32,000 nt of DNA from Gemmata obscuriglobus (GTDB lineage: Bacteria > Planctomycetota > Planctomycetia > Gemmatales > Gemmataceae), in assembly GCF_008065095.1 (NCBI RefSeq), contig NZ_CP042911.1, positions 7,650,001 to 7,682,000 of the forward strand, written 5' to 3'. The position numbers and the translations under genes were made by a program. How positions within the stretch are numbered: the first letter of the stretch is position 1; each line of letters starts with the position of its first letter. This document shows positions 9,795-18,170 of this stretch, one piece after another. The notes under the pieces were generated by a model that ran no database searches, had not been told where the DNA came from, and saw nothing but the letters and a program-made list of their open reading frames with translations.

Positions 9795-11297
9795 TCACGC
9801 CCCGGCGGCGCGGAGCACGTCCGGCCACGGCCAAACCGCAACCGTCGAGCCGTGGCCCGGGTGCCCGGTGCTGTACGACACCGCGACCGCCGAGCCGTCC
9901 GGGGCGAACTCCGCCTGCCCCCCGCGCCACGCGTGGTCCTCGAGCACCGCGCGCACGAACCCGAGCGACTTCCCGCTCGACACGTCCCAGAACCCCACCC
10001 ACCCGCTCTCGGTCTCCGCGGTCACGGCGTGCGCCCCGTCGGGGCTGTACGCCAGCGCCGTCGGCTGGTGCCAGTCCGGCACCTTCAGTTCCACCACCGG
10101 ACCGCCGGCGAGCGGCACGTGCCGCACCAGCACGCGGTGCGGGTTGTACGACTGGCGCCGCACCAGCGCGGCCGAGCCGTCGGCCGTCAGGGCGAACTCG
10201 GTGGACGGCGCGTACCCGCCCGGTTGGTCGCCGAACGCCCCCGCCCGGATCGGGATCGCTTTGCCGCGGGCCACGTCCAGTTCCCGCAGCTCGCCGGTGA
10301 ACGTGAGGCCGATGAGCCGCTTTCCGTCCGGCGTGTACCTCAGCGAGCTGACGCCCTCGACCGCCGGGCTCCGCTCGTACTGCGGCCGGTCGGCGGTGAG
10401 GTCGACGGTCAGCGCCTGTTGGTAGGCGACCAGTGTCAACCGGGTCGCGTTCGAGGCCAGCGCGACCCGGCCCCACACCTGGCGCGACCGCAGCACGTGC
10501 TCCAGGTCCGCCGTCCCGTCGTCCCACCGGTAGATGCCGCCGTCGTGCAGCGCGACCACGGCGCCGCCCGCCCCCGCCGCGATGGCCGAGATGTGGTTGC
10601 TCAGCCGCTTGCGCCCGGTCACCTCGCTCCCGTCGGCGCGGGACACGGTGCGGAACGCGCCGGACAGCCCCTGACCGAGCAGCCCGCGCCCGTCGGTCGT
10701 GAACCCGAACCGCGTCAGGTTCACGCTCCACCCGGCGAACTGGCCGAACCCGCCGGCCGGCCGCCCGCCGTCCGAGAGCTGGTCGAAGCACGGGCCGCAG
10801 GTGTCCCCCATCCACCCGAGCGACTCCGGCGTGCCGATCGCCCCGCACCGGCACGCCGCGACGTACCGCTCGCCGTCGCCGCGCGCGCCCCGCACGCCGA
10901 GCACCGCCTCGGGGTACACGTGCCACCACGGCGGGAGGACGCGGAGCTGTGTCTCGCTCCGGGCGCGCGAGTACCGCGACCGCGTTCGGCCGATTACGCG
11001 CACGTGCTTGCGCCCGGCCGGGTCGGTCCACCAGCCGGCGATCACCTCCGGCACCGCCCGCCCGCCCTTGCACGACCGCCGCCGCCCGGCCGCGCCGCCG
11101 CTCCGGAGTACGTCCTGCGAAAACCGTCCCCAGAACGCCGCGTCCCGCGACATCCGGTTATCCTGATACCGGTTGTCGCGGTTCGCGGCCCGCATCGCCC
11201 GGCCGAGCGCGCCCGCCAGCGCCCCCTCGTCGGGGTCGATCAAGCGCTTATCAAAGATCGACACGGCGTGTCCTCCCGCTGTCGCGCCCGGCGCCAT
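9795..11297 (-). CDS. Hypothetical beta-propeller (WD40/TolB-like repeat) protein with Cys-rich N-terminal segment
   Basis: It has recurrent xPDG repeat signatures (FTTDGRGLLG, LRYTPDGKRLIG, LTADGSAALV, LAYSPDGAHAVTA, FAPDGSAVAVS). An N-terminal CRCG...CGPC motif is present. GC3 is high on this strand. The exact start is uncertain. Confidence 0.65.
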   Translation of the reverse strand: MAPGATAGGHAVSIFDKRLIDPDEGALAGALGRAMRAANRDNRYQDNRMSRDAAFWGRFSQDVLRSGGAAGRRRSCKGGRAVPEVIAGWWTDPAGRKHVRVIGRTRSRYSRARSETQLRVLPPWWHVYPEAVLGVRGARGDGERYVAACRCGAIGTPESLGWMGDTCGPCFDQLSDGGRPAGGFGQFAGWSVNLTRFGFTTDGRGLLGQGLSGAFRTVSRADGSEVTGRKRLSNHISAIAAGAGGAVVALHDGGIYRWDDGTADLEHVLRSRQVWGRVALASNATRLTLVAYQQALTVDLTADRPQYERSPAVEGVSSLRYTPDGKRLIGLTFTGELRELDVARGKAIPIRAGAFGDQPGGYAPSTEFALTADGSAALVRRQSYNPHRVLVRHVPLAGGPVVELKVPDWHQPTALAYSPDGAHAVTAETESGWVGFWDVSSGKSLGFVRAVLEDHAWRGGQAEFAPDGSAVAVSYSTGHPGHGSTVAVWPWPDVLRAAGA

Positions 11298-11396
11298 GAT
11301 ACCCGAACGGGCGGATACCGCGGCGCCAGTTGTGCCCTTGCGCGAAACAAACGCTCCGCGCCCCGGACCACGGACAGCGAAAGTGCAAAAAGTGTG

Positions 11397-12422
11397 TCAG
11401 CCCGCCGGTTCGGCATCGGGAGGGGCTTCCGCGCGGCGGGCGACGCGGAGCTTCGCGGACCGCGCCCGCGGGTTCGCGCGACGCTCCTCGAAGGTGGACC
11501 GGATCGCGTCGGGGCTGACGGAGCTGTAAACGCCGGCGCGCAGCCCGTCGCGGAACGCGGCCTTCACGAGCCGGTCCTCGCCGCTGTGGAACGAAATGAT
11601 CGCGGCCACCCCGCCGGGTTTCAGAACCGTTGGCAGCACGCGCAGGAGCTGCTGGAGGCTGGCCAGCTCGCGGTTGGTGAGGATGCGGAGCGCCTGGAAC
11701 ACCCGCGTCACCGGTGCGAGCAACTGCTTGCGCTCGGGCGGCGCCCCGGGGGCGCGGTCGATCCGCACCGGGGCGGCCGCTTCAATAAGGGCGCGCAACT
11801 GCTTCGTGCGCTCGACGGGCGCCGTTTGCCGCTCGCGCACGACCGCATCGGCAATGGCCCCGGCCTGGGGCTCGTCGCCGAGTTCGGAGAAGCAGGCCGC
11901 GAGTTCGTCGCGCGAAAGCGTGGCGAGGAGCTGCGCCGCGGTGCGCCCGCGGGTGCGGTCCATGCGCATATCGAGCGGCCCGTCCCGCATGAAGGAGAAC
12001 CCGCGGTCGCGGTCGTCCACCTGCATGCTCGACATGCCGAGGTCCGCGAGCACCGCGTCCACCGCGGTCACCCCTTCGATCGCGAGCACCGTGGGGAGCC
12101 CCGCGAAGTTCGTGTGGTGGAGGCCAAACAGCCCGCCGGCCTCTTCGAGTTTGGGTCGCGCGGGTTCGATGTTCCCCACGTCGAGGTCGGTGGCGATCAG
12201 CAGGCCGTCGGGCGCGACCCGGCGGAGCAGTTCGAGCGAGTGCCCCGCGAACCCGAGCGTGCAGTCGACGACCGTCTGCCCCGGGCGCGGGTCGAGCGCG
12301 GCCAGCACTTCGGCGAGCAGGACCGGGATGTGCGCCCCCTCGGCGGTGGAGCGCCGGACGCGCTTCCGCCAGAACGGACGTTTTTTCTTTTTCTTCGGCG
12401 GCTCAGGTTGCTCGTCTGACAT
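11397..12422 (-). CDS. rsmH: 16S rRNA (cytosine1402-N4)-methyltransferase RsmH (MraW)
   Basis: Matching motifs are HIPVLLAEVL, VDCTLGFAGHS, LADLGMSSMQVD, RGFSF and ISFHSGEDRLVK. The start is ATG 12422 (MSDEQPEPPKKKKKRPFW...). The ORF-track extension to 12572 begins at a GTG and is not protein-like. Confidence 0.9.
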   Translation of the reverse strand: MSDEQPEPPKKKKKRPFWRKRVRRSTAEGAHIPVLLAEVLAALDPRPGQTVVDCTLGFAGHSLELLRRVAPDGLLIATDLDVGNIEPARPKLEEAGGLFGLHHTNFAGLPTVLAIEGVTAVDAVLADLGMSSMQVDDRDRGFSFMRDGPLDMRMDRTRGRTAAQLLATLSRDELAACFSELGDEPQAGAIADAVVRERQTAPVERTKQLRALIEAAAPVRIDRAPGAPPERKQLLAPVTRVFQALRILTNRELASLQQLLRVLPTVLKPGGVAAIISFHSGEDRLVKAAFRDGLRAGVYSSVSPDAIRSTFEERRANPRARSAKLRVARRAEAPPDAEPAG

Positions 12423-12581
12423 GCCGGGTATTGTACGGGACCGGTCCCCGTTACTGGAATGCGGCCGCGCCCCTACAGCCCTCTTTGCCCCTTTCACGCG
12501 GCTTACGGTCCGCCATGTGTTCTTGTGTCCGGTGCGAAAACTTGTTAGCTTTCCTGATCTGGCGGTTGACACAGCTCACGC

Positions 12582-12597
12582 CGCGAGGTTCCTCGCG
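12582..12597. promoter_or_regulatory. 16-bp palindrome CGCGAGG-TT-CCTCGCG in the divergent rsmH / secreted-protein intergenic region
   Basis: Perfect 7-bp arms are separated by a 2-nt spacer, 62 bp upstream of ATG 12659. It looks like an operator, but nothing else supports that. Confidence 0.2.
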
Positions 12598-12658
12598 ATT
12601 ACACGAGGTGTCACGCAACACACGAGTTCGGCCACCAGAGCGCGCAGGAGGTGCTTGC

Positions 12659-13243
12659 ATGCGGTCCGTTTCGCCCCGTTATCTGTTAACCCTCGTCGTC
12701 TCCGGGCTGCTGTCCGCAGTCGCGGCTGGTGATCCCCCCACGGCACGCGAAAAAGACGCGCCGGCGGCCTGGCGCATGGCGGACCTCAACACGGCACTAC
12801 CGAACGCGGCCGACCGCGGCCCGGTTTCGGTTCTCGCCTGGGAAGTCGTCGCGTTCGGAGGCGTGTTCACGACGGAAGAGCGGTGCCTGGTAGTCAAGCG
12901 GTACGCCGCGCCCACTGCGGCCGGTCGCGTGTGCGCGGTCGGGGTGCTGTCGCGGTTGCCGAACGGGCAACCACCGGCGTGGGCGCCGGGCGTCGTTCGT
13001 GAGTTTGCGGCCGTGCCAACGGACAAGGCATTAGAGGAACTGCTGAACGAATACGGCTGGCAATCCGCTCTCGAACCGGGCGAGTTGGTGCTTCGAATCG
13101 GAAACATCCGTCCCAACGTGGTGCGGTACGCGCCACGGGTCACCGACGGCGGGGTGTGCCCAGCGGAGTGGAAGAAGGGGTTTGGCCGCCCCGCACCGAC
13201 CCAGATGTTCCCAGAACTCGCACCGCACGCTCTCCGAAAATAG
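12659..13243 (+). CDS. Secreted hypothetical protein (signal peptide)
   Basis: ATG 12659 is preceded by AGGAGG 8 nt upstream. The N-terminus MRSVSPRYLLTLVVSGLLSAVAAGDPP resembles a signal peptide. I recognise no family. By hand count about a quarter of codons end in A or T, a lower GC3 than the neighbouring genes. Confidence 0.55.
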   Translation: MRSVSPRYLLTLVVSGLLSAVAAGDPPTAREKDAPAAWRMADLNTALPNAADRGPVSVLAWEVVAFGGVFTTEERCLVVKRYAAPTAAGRVCAVGVLSRLPNGQPPAWAPGVVREFAAVPTDKALEELLNEYGWQSALEPGELVLRIGNIRPNVVRYAPRVTDGGVCPAEWKKGFGRPAPTQMFPELAPHALRK

Positions 13244-13356
13244 GCTCGGACGGCACCGCAGCAGTAGAACCGGCGGCACGCGTTGTTTGTGCCGCTCACC
13301 AATTCGCCGTTACCAGAAGGGCATCACGGCCGAGCGGACGTGTCCGCATGTTCCAT

Positions 13357-13458
13357 ATTACGGCGGCGCGCAAGATACGCATTAATGCCAGCAGTCCGGC
13401 ACTCATTACCTGTGATTCCCAGTGATTCAGCTCTGTTTATCTTTCGCGCCGCCGTAAT
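13357..13458. repeat. 14-bp perfect inverted repeat (ATTACGGCGGCGCG / CGCGCCGCCGTAAT) enclosing 74 bp of lower-GC sequence
   Basis: The arms lie at 13357-13370 and 13445-13458, in the gap between the convergent stops at 13243 (+) and 13493 (-). It could be a structured RNA, a terminator or a small MITE relic. Confidence 0.35.
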
Positions 13459-13492
13459 AACAAGTGCTCCGTGGAAGGGCGCAACCGGCCGC

Positions 13493-14368
13493 TCACTCGT
13501 CGAAGAGGCTGGGCGTCGGCGCGGGGGCGATCACCGAAATGCCCGGCGTGTCACGGAGAACCTTATCCAGGCGTTTGGCGTTCGCGATGGCGTCCGGCAT
13601 TCCGGCCCGCTGGTACTCGTCTGCCGTGGGTTCCAGACTCGGGGGCCGCGTTCCCACGCAGTTGTTGAAGAAAACCAGTGCCTCGTCGGCGCGGTCCGCC
13701 TCCGCCATCCGCCTCAGCCCGTCGGCCCACTCGCGCAGTTGCCCCTCGGTGTAGTCGTAAGCGTACCGCAACTTCCCGTCCTGGTACCAGTTCTCGGCGG
13801 TCTGCGAATGGAGCCGTGCGTACACGCGCCGGTTCGCGACCCGTAGCCCGCGCGGGAACAGCGTCGGCACGTCCGGCACGCCCACGCTCACCAGATCCAT
13901 GCCGATGTGCTCCATCCACTCGGACAGGTTGGGCGCGGCCCACGACCGGTGCCGGAACTCCACGGCCACGCGGTGCGGGCGCAGTTGCCCCCCGGTCCGC
14001 GCGAGCCAGTTCCGGTTGTCGGCGGTGTTGCGGAAGCTCTCGGGGAGTTGAAAAATCAGCCCGAGCAACTTCCCGGCGCCCGCGAGGTGGTCCGCCGCGG
14101 TCTTGAACGCCGGCACGTCGTCGTCGGAGCGCTCGTGGCTGACGGTCTTGGGCACCTTGAGCGTGAAGCCGAACCCGGGCGGCGAGCGGCGGGCCATTTT
14201 GGCGACCTGTTCGCGCGTCGGCGGGCGGTAGAAGGACGAGTTGATTTCGACGCACGCGAACCGCGTGGCGTAGAAGGGGAGCATGTCGTGCTGGGCGGTG
14301 CCGGGCGGGTAAAACCCACCGACCCACGCGGGGTACGCGTACCCCGCGGTGCCGATCCGGACGTTCAT
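13493..14368 (-). CDS. DUF72 (UPF0759, YecE-like) family protein
   Basis: MNVRIGTAGYAYPAWVGGFYPPG...LPFYATRFACVEINSSFYRPP...FGFTLKVPKTVSH...VAVEFRHRSW is the typical DUF72 motif order. The start is ATG 14368. Confidence 0.85.
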   Translation of the reverse strand: MNVRIGTAGYAYPAWVGGFYPPGTAQHDMLPFYATRFACVEINSSFYRPPTREQVAKMARRSPPGFGFTLKVPKTVSHERSDDDVPAFKTAADHLAGAGKLLGLIFQLPESFRNTADNRNWLARTGGQLRPHRVAVEFRHRSWAAPNLSEWMEHIGMDLVSVGVPDVPTLFPRGLRVANRRVYARLHSQTAENWYQDGKLRYAYDYTEGQLREWADGLRRMAEADRADEALVFFNNCVGTRPPSLEPTADEYQRAGMPDAIANAKRLDKVLRDTPGISVIAPAPTPSLFDE

Positions 14369-14651
14369 GTGAGCGCTCGTAACGGGCGTTACACCGCATT
14401 CTACCCGGCGGCGTTCTGCCGCGCTCAACTCGGTCGGAAGGGGAATTCGGCCGTTCCAAGCTCCACGTGCGGACGAGTCGTTCCTTCATCTGGTGAAACG
14501 GTGCCGGTCGGTTTTGGTCCCCACGCTCCCGGCACCGGCCAATCGGTTCCACTTCGCGGTACCCGATTCCCCTCCGGCGCGCCCGTGGGTACAATTCGGG
14601 GCGGATTCGCCCGCGGCTCGCCCTCTCCAAATCACCTCGGGACCGCACGAC

Positions 14652-15578
14652 ATGCCACGCAAGGTCGTCATCGTCGCAGACCCCGGCATCGACACCACGT
14701 TCGCCGTTGCGCTCGCACTCAACGACCCGAGCCTTGAAGTGGTGGGGCTCCTCCCCACCGCCGGGAACGTGTCCGCGGAACAGGCCACCGCCAACGTCCA
14801 CACCCTCATTGATGTCTTCGATCCCCCGAAGTGGCCGAAGCTCGGGTCGGCGCTGCCCGTCCGGTACGACGCCGACGGCACCGCGCTCCACGGCCCGGGC
14901 GGGTTCGGCGGGGTCACGTTCCCGTCCGCCACGCGGCACACGCTGCACCCCGCGGACAAGGTGCTTTGCGAACTCGCCCACGAGCACCCGCGGCAGATCA
15001 CCGTCATCAACCTCGGGCCGCTCACCACGCTCGCAACGGCCCTCGACCGCGATCCGGTGCTGCCCGCGGTGCTCGACCAGACGGTCATCATCGGGGGCTG
15101 CTGGCGCGAGCCCGGGAACGCCGGCCCCGCGGCCGAGTTCCACATCCACCTCGACCCCGACGCCGCCAAACGGGTGTTCGCCGGCGAACTGAACCCGCTG
15201 CTGATTCCGCTCGACGCCACGCGCAAGCTGATCTTCTCCCCGCGTGACTTACTCGACCTCCCGAACCCGGACTCGCGGGCGTGCCAGTTTTTGCGCCAAA
15301 TTGTACCGTTCGGCATCCGCGCCAGTTCCAACCTGTACGGGATCGAGGGGTTCCACCTGAAGGACGTGCTCGGGGTGGTGGCGGTGGCTGTTGCCGGGTG
15401 CGTCAGCAGCGAGCCGCACTTCGTAGATGTCGAAACGAAGGGCGAGTTGACCCGCGGCATGACCGTGATCGACACCCGGGCGAACCCGACCGGCCCGCCG
15501 AACGCCCGCGTCGCGACCGGTGTTGCGGTTGCCGACGTGAGAGCGTACATCGAGCGCATACTGAAGGCCGCGCACTGA
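14652..15578 (+). CDS. Nucleoside hydrolase (IUNH) family protein with degenerate N-terminal Asp motif
   Basis: MPRKVVIVADPGIDTTFAVALAL...ALHGPGGFGG...ITVINLGPLTTLATAL...IIGG...AEFHIHLDPDAAKRVF follows the IU-nucleoside hydrolase layout. The canonical DxDxxxDD motif reads VADPGIDT here. Confidence 0.8.
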   Translation: MPRKVVIVADPGIDTTFAVALALNDPSLEVVGLLPTAGNVSAEQATANVHTLIDVFDPPKWPKLGSALPVRYDADGTALHGPGGFGGVTFPSATRHTLHPADKVLCELAHEHPRQITVINLGPLTTLATALDRDPVLPAVLDQTVIIGGCWREPGNAGPAAEFHIHLDPDAAKRVFAGELNPLLIPLDATRKLIFSPRDLLDLPNPDSRACQFLRQIVPFGIRASSNLYGIEGFHLKDVLGVVAVAVAGCVSSEPHFVDVETKGELTRGMTVIDTRANPTGPPNARVATGVAVADVRAYIERILKAAH

Positions 15579-15595
15579 GCGGGAGGATTCCACTG

Positions 15596-16453
15596 ATGCG
15601 ATTCACCCTGACCGCCCTTCTCGGCACGCTGCTGGTCGCGGTGGCGACCGCTCAGCCGCCCGAGCCGACGCCGCTCCCGCTGCCGGCCCCAGCGCCCGCG
15701 GCACCACTGCCGATCAAACTCAAGGCGCCGAAAGACGTTCCGCAGCCCACCCGGGCGGAACTCGAGTCGCTCGAAAAAACGCTGCGCACGCTGGCGCTCG
15801 CGCACCTGCCGACCCCGCTGGTGAAGTCGGACAAGGGGTGGGGCAAGCAGAAGGAGTTCGTCGAGGGCCGCGTCATGTTGCGCAACGCCAAGAAGTTCGG
15901 TCCCGAGGCCCCCCGGGTGCAGATCAACGACGGGCTGTGGCGCCGGATCACGGTCACCGCGCGGAACCCGAACGAGACGCTCGGGGTCTCGATCCCGGAA
16001 CTCGTGAAGCTCAGCCCGGACGCCGCCCGCCTCGGCCTCGACACCGTGATGGACATCGACTTCCGCGTCGAGCACCAGTTCTGGAAGCGGGGGCTGCAAC
16101 TGTACTCCGGCGAGACCCGCGGGCACTGTAAAGCCGGGCTGAAGATGAAGGCCGAGGTCCTCACGAAAACGAAGGCGGTGCCCGGGTCGTTCCTACCCGA
16201 GGTGACGATCACGATCAAGGCGACGGAGGCGAACCTGTTCTACGACAAGGTGGTGATCGACCACACCGCCGGCCTCGACGGCGCCGACGCCCAGAAGGCC
16301 GGCGAGTTCGTGATCGACCTCGTGAAGGCGATCAAGCCCGATCTCGAACAGCAACTCCTCGAAAAGGCAAACGCGGCGATCATGAAAGCGGCCGCCTCGA
16401 AGGAGGTCAAGGTGCCGCTCGACAAGCTCCTCGCCGCGCCGGTCAAGAAATAA
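15596..16453 (+). CDS. Secreted hypothetical protein (signal peptide, Pro-rich linker)
   Basis: ATG 15596 is preceded by GGGAGGA 9 nt upstream and lies 17 nt after the nucleoside hydrolase stop. MRFTLTALLGTLLVAVATAQPPEP is signal-peptide-like. GC3 is high. I recognise no family. Confidence 0.65.
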   Translation: MRFTLTALLGTLLVAVATAQPPEPTPLPLPAPAPAAPLPIKLKAPKDVPQPTRAELESLEKTLRTLALAHLPTPLVKSDKGWGKQKEFVEGRVMLRNAKKFGPEAPRVQINDGLWRRITVTARNPNETLGVSIPELVKLSPDAARLGLDTVMDIDFRVEHQFWKRGLQLYSGETRGHCKAGLKMKAEVLTKTKAVPGSFLPEVTITIKATEANLFYDKVVIDHTAGLDGADAQKAGEFVIDLVKAIKPDLEQQLLEKANAAIMKAAASKEVKVPLDKLLAAPVKK

Positions 16454-16657
16454 GAGGTTTCACCGCAGAGAGCACGAGAGGACGCAGAGAAGACTCAGGA
16501 AGAGTTGAGCAGTTGTCGCCCTCTTTTTGGCCGTTCTCCGCCGCTTCGACGACTTCAACCTCGGCTTGTCCCGTTTCGCCGGGCTGCGTATAGAGTGCCA
16601 CCCCCGCGGCGGGTGCAGATCGCCCCGCCCGCCGCTTCCTGGCAAGGACGCCAGCTC

Positions 16658-18163
16658 ATGCTCCGTTGCGTGCTCGTTACCGCCCTCGCGGGCGTTCTCG
16701 TTCTTGCGCCCTGCGCACCGGCTGCCGATCTCCCGCCGCACCCGACCGAAAAGCAACTCGCGGTTCAGGCCGCGATGGTGAACGCCCGCGAGCACCTGGG
16801 CGCGCACCGGCCCACCGAAGCGGTCGTGGAACTCGAAAAGGAAATCTCCAACGCCGACGGCAGCACCGCGTTCCTTTCGCTCCTTCGGGAAGCGTATCAG
16901 GCCGAACTGGCCCAGTCGGAAAAGAACCCCGTTCCCGACCAAAAGCGGACGGAACAACTCCAGCGCCGGCTGGCGATACTCAATGGCAAACTTAGGCCGG
17001 CCCCCGCATCCGTCGGTGTGGCCCCGATCGCGGCGGTTCCGGCACCGAACCTCGGGCCGTCGCTGGTTCCCCCGTCCGTAACAGAAGAACCGGCCGCGCC
17101 GGTGCCTCCAGCCGGGAGCCCGCCCGCCCCGACGGCCGGCGCCGGCGCGGCCGCGGCCGACGCGTTCAAGAGCCGGAACTACGCCGACGCCGACCGCCTG
17201 TTCGCCGCGCTCGGCGCGGCCCGGCTCTCGGCCGAGCAGAAACTCGCATGGGCGTACTGTCGGGTGAAGCTCGCGGCGGACCGCGTGAACGCGCCCGACT
17301 GCCCCCCTGCCACCGCGGCGGCTGCCGTGCAAGAGGTGTCCGAAGCGATTCAACTGATCCCGCCGGGCGCCGAGCTTTACAAGGTGGCCCAGCAGGTGCT
17401 GAAGGCGGCGCAGGCGAAGGCCGGCAGCGCCGCCGCGGTCGTCCTCGTTGCGGCATCGGCCGACGTGCTCGAAACGGCCAGCTTCCGGGTCCACCACGGC
17501 GGCGACCGCGCGCTGGGGGAGGCCGTGGCGAAGGCCGCGGAGGCGAACCGGAAAGCGACCTTCGAGCGCTGGAGCGGCCCGCCGGGCGGGAGCTGGAACC
17601 CGAAGTGCGATGTCGTGATCCACGCCACCGCCGACGCTTACGCGGCAGCCACCGGTAAACCCGCCGCGCTCACCGGGCACGCGAGCGTGAGCCTCACGAA
17701 CGGCCGCCCCACCGCGCGCCGCATCGATCTCCGCGCCGACGACCCCGTGCTGGCGACCAACGCCCTCCCGCGCGAGCTGACGCACGTGGTTCTGGCGGAC
17801 CTGTTCGCCGACCGCCCGCCGCCGAAGTGGGCGCTGGAGGGCATGGCAATCCTCGCCGGCGCACCTGCGGAAATCGACCGGTACACGCGCACGCTCGACC
17901 GCTGCGCCCGGGACGGCGAACTCCGCACCCTGGCGGCGCTGTTCGAGTTGAAGGACTTCCCGGCCGACAAGATCACCGGGTTCTACTGCCAGAGCGTGAG
18001 CGTCACGGACTACCTCATCAAGCTGAAGGGCGAGCGCCACTTCAAGATCTTCCTCAACGACGCGCAGCGGTACGGCACCCCGCAGGCGCTGCGGCGTCAG
18101 TACAACATCGACGGTCCGCAGGCGCTGGAAGTCGCCTGGAAACGCGCCAGCCTGACCCCGTGA
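16658..18163 (+). CDS. Secreted protein with C-terminal peptidase-MA-like (DUF1570-like) domain, HExxH degenerated to RELTH
   Basis: The start is ATG 16658 and the signal peptide is MLRCVLVTALAGVLVLAPCAPAADL. The C-terminal segment NALPRELTHVVLADLF...PPKWALEGMAILAG resembles the gluzincin HExxH...EG pattern, but the first His is Arg. Confidence 0.65.
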   Translation: MLRCVLVTALAGVLVLAPCAPAADLPPHPTEKQLAVQAAMVNAREHLGAHRPTEAVVELEKEISNADGSTAFLSLLREAYQAELAQSEKNPVPDQKRTEQLQRRLAILNGKLRPAPASVGVAPIAAVPAPNLGPSLVPPSVTEEPAAPVPPAGSPPAPTAGAGAAAADAFKSRNYADADRLFAALGAARLSAEQKLAWAYCRVKLAADRVNAPDCPPATAAAAVQEVSEAIQLIPPGAELYKVAQQVLKAAQAKAGSAAAVVLVAASADVLETASFRVHHGGDRALGEAVAKAAEANRKATFERWSGPPGGSWNPKCDVVIHATADAYAAATGKPAALTGHASVSLTNGRPTARRIDLRADDPVLATNALPRELTHVVLADLFADRPPPKWALEGMAILAGAPAEIDRYTRTLDRCARDGELRTLAALFELKDFPADKITGFYCQSVSVTDYLIKLKGERHFKIFLNDAQRYGTPQALRRQYNIDGPQALEVAWKRASLTP

Positions 18164-18170
18164 GGACGGG

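Noticed and set aside
12566-12571. A TTGACA hexamer as a -35 box for the 12659 gene
   Set aside because: No acceptable -10 hexamer lies 16-18 bp downstream (it reads TTCCTC), and promoter consensus in this lineage is not established.
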